Part shown: positions 18,669 to 25,614 of the stretch, in pieces
Numbering within the stretch: position 1 is the first letter of the stretch
How the letters are laid out: each line of letters starts with the position of its first letter
Assembly: GCA_963832025.1 (NCBI GenBank)
Contig: CAWHSF010000003.1
Coordinates: forward strand, 15,665 to 79,664
Origin: Candidatus Nomurabacteria bacterium
GTDB lineage: Bacteria; Patescibacteriota; Minisyncoccia; Phycocordibacterales; UBA9973
Length of the DNA stretch: 64,000 bases
Direction: 5' to 3'
Notes under the pieces: model-generated
Seen by the model: the letters and a program-made list of their open reading frames with translations, nothing else
Databases searched by the model: none
What the model was told of the DNA's origin: nothing
Made by a program: the position numbers and the translations under genes

Positions 18669-20011
18669 GGATAAGCCCCTAAACGCATCGTGGCTCCATA
18701 ATTTTTATTTTTAATTTTTTCTATTTGATCTTGCATCGTAGCAATGATTGGATCCGGAGTATTTGGATTGAATTCAGTGGAGTTTGCCTCTTTTAAACCA
18801 AGAACATTGCGTGCATAAGAAATGGTTAAAATCTGCATACCGAGACATAATCCAAAATATGGAATCTTGTTGCGACGTGCATAATCAGCCACGAGAATCA
18901 TCCCTTCGGCGCCACGCTTACCGAAACCTCCAGGAACGACGATACCGTCCATATCATCCAGCTCTTTTAATTTTTCTTTATTAGTCTCAAATTTTTCACT
19001 ATCAATCCAAACAATTTTCGGCTTGTAATTCAGATTCCAAGCAGCGTGATTGATGGATTCAATTACCGAAATATAAGTATCTTTGCAAGATTTCAAATTA
19101 AAATATTTTCCCACGATACCGATTTTTACTTCTTTTTTTATCTTTTTGATTTTATTTGCAAAGACTGTCCAGTCAGCCATGTCTTTGTGTCGCACCGGCA
19201 AACCGATGGTTTTCAGTAAAACAGAACCAAAATTTTCTTTTTCAAAATTTACCGGCACATCATAAATAGAATAAACGTCCGGCGCGGAAATTATCCTCTC
19301 AACCGGCAAACTACACACATTGCTGATGGTTCGTTTGATGTCTGGCGTAGCTGGTTGGTCTGCGCGACATAAGACAAAATCCGGATTGAGTCCCATTGAA
19401 TGTAAATCATTTACGGCGCGTTGGGTCGGTTTTGATTTTTGCTCACCGAGCAGACTCGGGGTCGGCAGATAACTGATTAAAACAATATAAACCCCAGAAG
19501 GATTTTTGGCTTTCATCATTCTGGCCGCTTCCAAAAAAGGCAAAAGTTGATATTCGCCGACGGTCCCCCCATATTCTATAATCATGATTTCCGATTTGTT
19601 TTTTTCTTGGCAAACTTCGATGCGTCGAATAATTTCTTTCGGTATGTCTGGGTAAACTTCCACATCTTCACCTTCATATTCCAAATTTCTTTCTCTTCTG
19701 ATAACTTCGGCATAGATTTGTCCGGTCGTTATATAATTTTCGCGTGTGCTAGTTTGGTTGGTAAAACGTTCATAGTTGCCAAGGTCCTGATCAGCTTCAA
19801 TACCATCTTCTCCGACAAAAACTTCTCCGTGTTCAGCCGGACGAATCGTGCCGGCATCAATATTGACATACATGTCGGCTTTCAAATTGGTGACATGATA
19901 CCCGCGCGACTGTAATATTTTTCCGATAGAAGAGGCGGCGATTCCTTTACCGACGGAAGACATGACGCCTCCCACCACGAAAATATATTTTGTTTCTTTT
20001 TTTGTCGCCAT
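18644..20011 (-). CDS. pyrG: CTP synthase, N-terminal fragment
   Basis: Contains [24 protein letters not shown] and [13 protein letters not shown]. One extra G in GAGGGGCAC would read [11 protein letters not shown] and restore a single ORF. Confidence 0.85.
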   Translation of the reverse strand: MATKKETKYIFVVGGVMSSVGKGIAASSIGKILQSRGYHVTNLKADMYVNIDAGTIRPAEHGEVFVGEDGIEADQDLGNYERFTNQTSTRENYITTGQIYAEVIRRERNLEYEGEDVEVYPDIPKEIIRRIEVCQEKNKSEIMIIEYGGTVGEYQLLPFLEAARMMKAKNPSGVYIVLISYLPTPSLLGEQKSKPTQRAVNDLHSMGLNPDFVLCRADQPATPDIKRTISNVCSLPVERIISAPDVYSIYDVPVNFEKENFGSVLLKTIGLPVRHKDMADWTVFANKIKKIKKEVKIGIVGKYFNLKSCKDTYISVIESINHAAWNLNYKPKIVWIDSEKFETNKEKLKELDDMDGIVVPGGFGKRGAEGMILVADYARRNKIPYFGLCLGMQILTISYARNVLGLKEANSTEFNPNTPDPIIATMQDQIEKIKNKNYGATMRLGAYPCVLKEGH

Positions 20012-20013
20012 TA

Positions 20014-21012
20014 TTATTTATTTAAATATTTTCTCACCGCCAAGAAACTGGAAATAACTCCCAATAGTATACCCGATACCAAAAGAATTGCAAAAATTTG
20101 GAAAAAGCTCGAAAGGTAATAACTATACATATTGATTCCGAGAAAACTGGTCATGGTGCGTCCGAGCCAGACACTCGCCGGCCAAAAAAGAAGCATGGTT
20201 ATGAGAGTCGCCACCACGCCATAAATGGCCCCTTCAATCATAAACGGTCCACGAATGTGCATTTTGGAAGCGCCGACTAGACCCATCACGCCGATTTCTT
20301 CTTTGGAAATAAAAATAGTCAAACGAATCGTGTTAAAAGTGACAATAATAGAAATAATAACTAAAAGTAAAGTAAGCAGAAAGCCCAGCTTTTGTCCTCC
20401 ATCAATAATGGCGTTGAGTCTGTCTATCACTAATTTATTTTGATTGTAGTCCACTTTGTCTATGATGGATGTTGAACCCAAAGAAAGCGCATTATCGGAC
20501 TGCAAGAAATTCGCAATGTCTCCATACTGAGAAGTGTCTTTGGCTTTTACGTCTAAATAAGCGCCCAAAGGATTTGTCCCGATTTCATCTAAAGCTTGAA
20601 TCGTCGGATAGTCACTCTGATGACGGTCGCGGAAAAGTTGAAGTGCGTCGTCTGCACTGGTATAAGAGACAGAAGCCACTTCAGGTAATTGTTCCAAGGA
20701 AGATTTTAAAGATAGAATCTGATCTTCCGGCGCGCCCACTGTGAAATATATCGTCACATCCACTTTGTTTTCAATTTGAGCGAGAGAAAAATGTAAAACT
20801 GCTTGAAAAAAAATAATAAGAGTGATGACCACGAGGGTAATGGTCATCACCAAAATTGCCGCCCAAGAAACAACCCCACCTCTTTTAAAGTTTATAAATC
20901 CGCCCTTTATAATTCTTCTTAATCTCGTCATTGCCATGGGTTTTATTATATCACCCCGTAGTAGATTTTGGCGAAGCCTTTTGGGCGCACTTTGCGCATC
21001 GCCAAAATTCAC
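20014..21012 (-). CDS. ftsX: cell-division permease-like protein FtsX
   Basis: Lies downstream of ftsE. It has an N-terminal TM helix, an extracellular domain and 3 C-terminal TM helices. The start may instead be the internal MAMTRLRR. Confidence 0.8.
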   Translation of the reverse strand: MNFGDAQSAPKRLRQNLLRGDIIKPMAMTRLRRIIKGGFINFKRGGVVSWAAILVMTITLVVITLIIFFQAVLHFSLAQIENKVDVTIYFTVGAPEDQILSLKSSLEQLPEVASVSYTSADDALQLFRDRHQSDYPTIQALDEIGTNPLGAYLDVKAKDTSQYGDIANFLQSDNALSLGSTSIIDKVDYNQNKLVIDRLNAIIDGGQKLGFLLTLLLVIISIIVTFNTIRLTIFISKEEIGVMGLVGASKMHIRGPFMIEGAIYGVVATLITMLLFWPASVWLGRTMTSFLGINMYSYYLSSFFQIFAILLVSGILLGVISSFLAVRKYLNK

Positions 21013-21021
21013 TACGGGGTA

Positions 21022-21696
21022 TCATGCTTGTTTTTTATTTTTTGTGTCGCGAATAATCCTCCCATTTTCCATCGTAATAACTCTTTTATTTATAGATTCA
21101 ATTACTCCTCGATTATGTGTGGTTAAAATTACGGTCGTGCCCAGGTCATTTATTTTTTTTAAAATTTGCACTATTTCGTGCGTGTTTACCGGGTCTAAAT
21201 TTCCCGTCGGCTCATCGGCAATAATCAGTTCGGGTTGATTGATAATCGCGCGCGCGATAGCCAGACGTTGTTGCTCACCACCGGACATCTGGTCCGGAAA
21301 ATGCATGGTTCGGTGACTCAAATCCACTAATTCTAAAACGTGCGGAACATCGCTTTTTATTTCTTCTTCAGTTTTACCGACTGCTTCCATCGCAAAAGCG
21401 ATATTTTCGTAAGCAGTTTTACTGGAAAGTAATTTGTAATCTTGGAAAACAACGCCAATGCGACGGCGAAGTTTGGTCAAGTCTTTACTTTTTAATTCAT
21501 TTACGTTTATTGATTCAAAAAAGACTGTACCGTCCGTCGGACTCTCTTCGGCTAAAATCATTTTGGTGAGAGTGGTCTTGCCTGCACCGGAATGTCCGAC
21601 GATAGAAATAAATTCTCCCGCTTCAACCGTAAAAGTAATATCGGCAAGTGCGATTGCATCTTTGTAAATTTTTGAAACATTATTAAAATAAATCAT
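21022..21696 (-). CDS. ftsE: cell-division ABC ATPase FtsE
   Basis: Walker A GHSGAGKTTL, signature MSGGEQQR, Walker B IIADEPTGNLD. The ATG at 21696 is preferred; the track TTG extension (MRPRLFRNG) is encoded by the repeat arm. Confidence 0.85.
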   Translation of the reverse strand: MIYFNNVSKIYKDAIALADITFTVEAGEFISIVGHSGAGKTTLTKMILAEESPTDGTVFFESINVNELKSKDLTKLRRRIGVVFQDYKLLSSKTAYENIAFAMEAVGKTEEEIKSDVPHVLELVDLSHRTMHFPDQMSGGEQQRLAIARAIINQPELIIADEPTGNLDPVNTHEIVQILKKINDLGTTVILTTHNRGVIESINKRVITMENGRIIRDTKNKKQA

Positions 21697-21810
21697 CCCA
21701 TTACGAAATAAACGCGGACGCAAAATGTGACACGCTTATTTTCATTATTGATAAAATTTTTCATTGTCATAATCATTTTTATTTCATGCGTCCGCGATTT
21801 CGTACGGGAT
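21695..21810. repeat. IR cassette copy A (116 bp with ~25-33 nt imperfect terminal inverted repeats)
   Basis: The left arm ATCCCATTACGAAATAAACGCGGACGCA pairs with the right arm TGCGTCCGCGATTTCGTACGGGAT. The core is AT-rich. An extra ATCCCGTAC at 21812..21820 makes a GTACGGGAT-T-ATCCCGTAC palindrome. Confidence 0.65.
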
Positions 21811-22071
21811 TATCCCGTACAGAACAGGAAACGCTTCAATCTTTGCTTCAGATAAAGCTTACCTCTACCAGATTTTAAATATAACTCGCGGTTTCTTGCG
21901 TCATTTTCATCCAGACACGCTTCGTAATATATTATTTCGAATGGACCTCGTCCTTTAGTATATTTAGACTCTCCATTACAATGTTCCTTGAAGCGTTTCC
22001 TGTAAGTCATTAGTATACCCTGTGTACAAATTACCACTTGTCTTACTTTTTAATACGTAAGTGTAAAACAT
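21810..22071 (-). pseudogene. GIY-YIG nuclease-family gene with a 1-nt frame break
   Basis: MFYTYVLKSKTSGNLYTGYTNDL (ATG 22071) is in one frame. RKRFKEHCNG...RELYLKSGRGK is in the track ORF 21810..22037. The break lies near 22000..22006. Confidence 0.6.
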
Positions 22072-22155
22072 AGAAAGTTCTGTTCGGGAGCACTCATCCA
22101 TCTTATCATGGTTCGAAATTTCTCACCATGACCCTGAGTGTTATTTCTCGAAGGG

Positions 22156-23085
22156 TCACAGATTTTTCTCTGCTTCCACAAACAAATCCAAGTTGCCATC
22201 CAAAACTTCATCAACATTCGCAGTTTCGGCATCGGTGCGGTGGTCTTTGACCATTTTGTATGGATGCAATACATACGAACGAATCTGATTCCCCCATTCT
22301 ATCTCGGTGTTCTTGGTCAACTTCATACTTTCTTCCACAGATTTTTTTTCGGCTTCGGCTTTTTTGAAAATTTTAGCGCGCAGAATCGCGAGTGCTTGTT
22401 CTTTGTTTTGTTCTTGTGAACGTTCGGTGCGAACACTCACCGAAATATTGGTCGGAACATGCACAATCCGAACCGCCGTTTCTCTTTTGTTCACATTTTG
22501 TCCGCCTGGACCGCCGGAACGCGCAAATTCTATCTTTAAATCTTCCTGCGACAGAACAACATCGCGTTCTTCCAGTTTGGAAAATTTTGGCAAAACTTCT
22601 ACCAGGGAAAAAGAGGTGTGTCGCAACTTTTTTGCGTTAAATGGTGAAATGCGCACGAGTCGGTGTACGCCACCTTCATTCTTCAGAGTACCATAAGGAC
22701 CCGACCCCTCCCCAACCCTCCCCTTGCTAAGGGGAGGGTGAAGGGTAGGATTTTCGACTTCAAAAGAAACATTTTTGTATCCACCGTGTTCATTTTTATG
22801 TTCATCAATAAAATTAATTCCCCAACCTTTTTTGTTCGCATACTTCATATACATATTGAGCAACATCGCCGAAAAATCTTCCGCATCATCTCCCCCGGCA
22901 CCAGAAATGATAGTAACAATCGCATTGCCCTTGTCGTATTTATTCACTCCGGCTTTTTTTTCTTTCAAACTTGCAATTTCTTTCAAAATATTTTGCGCTT
23001 TATTTTTATCAGACCAAAAATCCGGATTTTGCATTTCCGTTTCCAAATTTTTTATTTGCTCATCTAAATTGTTTTCTTCTGTCAT
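22156..23085 (-). CDS. prfB: peptide chain release factor 2 (no programmed frameshift site seen)
   Basis: Contains the SPF tripeptide (RISPFNA), GGQ (SGGPGGQNVN) and GVHRLVR. Confidence 0.85.
   Translation of the reverse strand: MTEENNLDEQIKNLETEMQNPDFWSDKNKAQNILKEIASLKEKKAGVNKYDKGNAIVTIISGAGGDDAEDFSAMLLNMYMKYANKKGWGINFIDEHKNEHGGYKNVSFEVENPTLHPPLSKGRVGEGSGPYGTLKNEGGVHRLVRISPFNAKKLRHTSFSLVEVLPKFSKLEERDVVLSQEDLKIEFARSGGPGGQNVNKRETAVRIVHVPTNISVSVRTERSQEQNKEQALAILRAKIFKKAEAEKKSVEESMKLTKNTEIEWGNQIRSYVLHPYKMVKDHRTDAETANVDEVLDGNLDLFVEAEKNL
22700..22750. repeat. GC-rich palindromic mini-element inside the prfB coding sequence
   Basis: Perfect 25-nt palindrome ACCCTCCCCTT-GCT-AAGGGGAGGGT (22715..22739) flanked by C/G runs. 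It is translated as NPTLHPPLSKGRVGEGS between FEVE and GPYGTLKNEGGVHRLVR. Confidence 0.65.
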
Positions 23086-23086
23086 G

Positions 23087-23159
23087 AGCCACCCCCGAGG
23101 ATCGAACTCGGGACCCCGTCTTTACGAAAGACGTGCTCTACCAACTGAGCTAGGGTGGC
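23087..23159 (-). tRNA. tRNA-Thr (anticodon CGT)
   Basis: Hand fold: acceptor GCCACCC/GGGTGGC, anticodon stem CGTCT/AGACG with loop TTCGTAA, T arm CCGAG-TTCGATC-CTCGG. Its 3' end lies 2 nt from the prfB ATG. Confidence 0.85.
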
Positions 23160-23168
23160 AAGATTTTT

Positions 23169-23283
23169 CAAAAAGAGCAAAAGTAACTTTTAGAATGACT
23201 TGCGCAGCGCGACGGCGCGAGCAGGAACAAATTTTCAGCAGAAAATTATGTGTGCATTATAAAAGTTACTTTTGCTCTTTTTG
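23169..23283. repeat. 115-nt long-stem inverted repeat between the two tRNA-Thr genes
   Basis: Arms 23169..23197 and 23255..23283 are reverse complements (29 nt, 1 mismatch; CAAAAAGAGCAAAAGTAACTTTTA is perfect). The 57-nt core is more GC-rich. Confidence 0.7.
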
Positions 23284-23287
23284 CACA

Positions 23288-23363
23288 TGGAGCCGTTGAT
23301 CGGGATTGAACCGATGACCTCGATATTACCAATATCGTGCTCTACCAACTGAGCTACAACGGC
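23288..23363 (-). tRNA. tRNA-Thr (anticodon GGT), CCA encoded
   Basis: Hand fold: acceptor GCCGTTG/CAACGGC, anticodon stem CGATA/TATCG with loop TTGGTAA, T arm ATCGG-TTCAATC-CCGAT, followed by TCCA. Confidence 0.85.
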
Positions 23364-23380
23364 ATACTGAAAACTTTAAA

Positions 23381-23436
23381 ACCAACTGAGCCCCGCCCGA
23401 CTGAATGACTTCAGTCATTCGGGCAGGTACAACGGC
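23381..23436 (-). other. truncated 5' copy of tRNA-Thr(GGT) (nt 1-20) carrying a 36-nt GC-rich palindrome between nt 9 and 10
   Basis: tacaacggc (23428..23436) and accaactgagc (23381..23391) are identical to the adjacent tRNA. They are split by CCCGCCCGACTGAATGACTTCAGTCATTCGGGCAGG (23392..23427). Confidence 0.7.
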
Positions 23437-23509
23437 ATGCTGTTTATACTAGTGTATTTTTGTGTATTTTGCAAAAATATTTTATAATATATTTTACTAA
23501 GGAAAATAA

Positions 23510-23626
23510 ATCCCGTACGAAATCGCAAACGCAGAAAGTAAATAAAATTATGAAATCTATAAAAAATATTATAAATAATAAAAAGGAAAATTATGCATAA
23601 GCGTTCGCGTTTTATTTCGTACGGGA
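23510..23626. repeat. IR cassette copy B (117 bp)
   Basis: The left arm ATCCCGTACGAAATCGCAAACGCA pairs with the right arm GCGTTCGCGTTTTATTTCGTACGGGA. The AT-rich core is homologous to copy C. The right arm encodes MHKRSRFISYG of the next ORF. Confidence 0.65.
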
Positions 23627-25497
23627 CTCCAATCATAATTTTTGCTCTCATTTTCGCAATGGGATTCATCGGTGCGCCGAAGGCTTTTGCCGCGACTCAA
23701 GTAATCACCGCAACCGGCACGGGTTCATGGACAATCCCCGCAGGAGTGACTTCTGTTCAGGTAGAACTATGGGGTGGCGGAGGTGGAGCTGGAGAATATG
23801 GAGGCGGTTCAGGAGCGTATGTAAAAGAAACAGGACTATCTGTAACACCTGGGAATAGTATTACATACAATATAGCAACTGGTGGTGGACATGGGGCAGT
23901 AGGTTCTGCGGGTGCTGGCGGAACTGGCTATTATTCGGGCGGAACAGGAGGGGCTCATACTGGTTACGCTGGAGGAGGAGGTGGAGGAGGTTCTTCTTCC
24001 GTTGTTGTTAGCGGAACGACTTATATTGCATCTGGAGGAGGAGGTGGAGGACTAACTATTACTCTTGCTACCGCCGCTTCTGGTTCAAGTGGTGGTAATG
24101 GAGGTGGAGGAAATGGTATGGGTGTTGGTTGTGCTGGAGGTGGAGGAGGTTCGGGAACAGTAGGAGGAAATTCCGCTGGAGCTGCTGGCGGAACTGGCGG
24201 AACTGGCGGAACTAATCAAACAGGAACAAATGGATCCCCTACATCATATGGTGGTGGTTCATCGGCTGGAGGTAGTGGAAATGGAGCTGCTGGTGGTGCT
24301 AATAATGGAGGAAATGGGTCAGGCGGAGCGGCTGGAGGAACGAGTGGAACACCAAACGGCGCAAGTGGTTCTGGTTCCGATTCAGGCGGTGGAGGATATG
24401 GAGTCTCTTCAGGAACAGGAGGTAACGGAGGACAACCTGGAGCTGGGTCGGGAGGAGGTAGTATTGGTGGCACAGGTGGCGCAGGAGAACTTGTTATAAC
24501 TTATACTGCCAGTAGTAATGACACCGACAGCATGACCGGCACAACTTTTATTATCAAGGACCCAGTCATCGGCACGATGGGTGGCTATAATACTTCTACC
24601 AATTTTCAAATGGTTGATTCCGGTGACACTATTTTTACCAACGTAAATTCTTCCACAAATTTTATCGGGCATTTTGGATTTTTATATTACCCGCAAGTAA
24701 CGCTTGGCACTTTGACTGCCACTCCGGTAGGCATGCAGACAAATCTAAGTTGGCCAGCTTCCGTCGGATACGACGGATGGAATGTTTCGGGATATAACAC
24801 TGGTTGGTCTTCTACCTCCGGTGGTCCATACACATTTACTTCTGTTGGCAGTTCCACTAGTTATTCATATACCAGCCTAGCACCTGGGACATATTATTAT
24901 GTTGTACAAACTTTGGATGCTTTTGGTAATGTTATCGGCACATCCAACGAAGCTTCAGATACTATTTTACCAGTTATCACTTACAGTATTAATGCCAGCA
25001 CCAACAACTCTGGTTCTTCTTACACAGTTCCGCTTAACACCCTCACCACGGCTGCGGCATCGGGCTCGAACGAAAGCACAATTAATTCTATTTGGACAAA
25101 CATCAGCACAAATGCCGGAAGTGGAGTAGTTGTAACGGTGCAATCCGCAAATGGAGATTTAAAATCTACGTCTGTTCCGGGAAATACCATTCCGTCTGCT
25201 ACCGCAACCATGGCTGCCGGCACTGCCAATTACGGTATCTGTATTAAATCGGTCACGCAAACTAGTGGAGCAACTTTGACAAAAGGAGGTAGTTTCCCAA
25301 GTACCACTTGCACAACAACAGCAAATGGAAATACCGTTTCCGCGGTCACTACCAGCTCTCAAAGTCTCTTGACTGCAGGAGGATTAATTAATACTGGTGT
25401 CGGAGAAATTATGGTTGATGCGGAAAATAATAACGTCACTCCAGCACACACAGATTATTCGGATACTTTGACTTTCATTGCGACGAGTACATTTTAG
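23593..25497 (+). CDS. secreted surface protein: glycine-rich domain + FN3-like module + C-terminal WxL-like domain shared with the next two genes
   Basis: Signal peptide (..APKAFA/ATQ). Has TGSWTIPAGVTSVQVELWGGGGGAG ... GGAGELVITY, an FN3-like segment, and a last ~165 aa that closely match 25615.. and 26853.. (VTVQSANGDLKS, IPSATATMA, DTLTFIATSTF). Confidence 0.75.
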   Translation: MHKRSRFISYGTPIIIFALIFAMGFIGAPKAFAATQVITATGTGSWTIPAGVTSVQVELWGGGGGAGEYGGGSGAYVKETGLSVTPGNSITYNIATGGGHGAVGSAGAGGTGYYSGGTGGAHTGYAGGGGGGGSSSVVVSGTTYIASGGGGGGLTITLATAASGSSGGNGGGGNGMGVGCAGGGGGSGTVGGNSAGAAGGTGGTGGTNQTGTNGSPTSYGGGSSAGGSGNGAAGGANNGGNGSGGAAGGTSGTPNGASGSGSDSGGGGYGVSSGTGGNGGQPGAGSGGGSIGGTGGAGELVITYTASSNDTDSMTGTTFIIKDPVIGTMGGYNTSTNFQMVDSGDTIFTNVNSSTNFIGHFGFLYYPQVTLGTLTATPVGMQTNLSWPASVGYDGWNVSGYNTGWSSTSGGPYTFTSVGSSTSYSYTSLAPGTYYYVVQTLDAFGNVIGTSNEASDTILPVITYSINASTNNSGSSYTVPLNTLTTAAASGSNESTINSIWTNISTNAGSGVVVTVQSANGDLKSTSVPGNTIPSATATMAAGTANYGICIKSVTQTSGATLTKGGSFPSTTCTTTANGNTVSAVTTSSQSLLTAGGLINTGVGEIMVDAENNNVTPAHTDYSDTLTFIATSTF

Positions 25498-25520
25498 CTC
25501 CAGACGTTGGACGTCTGGAG
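25498..25520 (+). terminator. perfect 10-bp stem-loop directly after the stop codon
   Basis: CTCCAGACGT-TGG-ACGTCTGGAG. It is followed by AAAAAG rather than a T-run, so terminator function is uncertain. Confidence 0.35.
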
Positions 25521-25526
25521 AAAAAG

Positions 25527-25535
25527 TTATCCACA
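25527..25535 (+). promoter_or_regulatory. perfect DnaA-box-type 9-mer TTATCCACA, 39 nt upstream of a TATAAT
   Basis: Exact TTATCCACA, with TATAAT at 25566..25571. It lies upstream of 25615. Confidence 0.45.
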
Positions 25536-25614
25536 GATTTTCTATACGTCTTTATTTCTTTATATTATAATATGGGTAGCTATTAATTTATTATTGCTAA
25601 CTAGTTAATTACAT

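Noticed and set aside
21695-21810. Inverted-repeat cassettes as CRISPR repeats or an IS element
   Set aside because: The arms are inverted rather than direct. The copies are dispersed rather than arrayed. At ~117 bp they cannot encode a transposase, so MITE-like or leader-like explanations fit better.
22156-23085. Programmed +1 frameshift typical of prfB
   Set aside because: The ORF is continuous from its ATG. No in-frame TGA or CUU-UGA-C slippery site is present, and the N-terminus is simply short.
24216-25362. Several ORFs on both strands inside the glycine-rich gene (for example 24216..24473, 24230..24499). The same occurs at 38659..39797 and 40435..41214.
   Set aside because: Low-complexity GGN/ACN repeats keep all frames open. 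The sense-frame gene has a signal peptide and conserved domains, while these ORFs have none.
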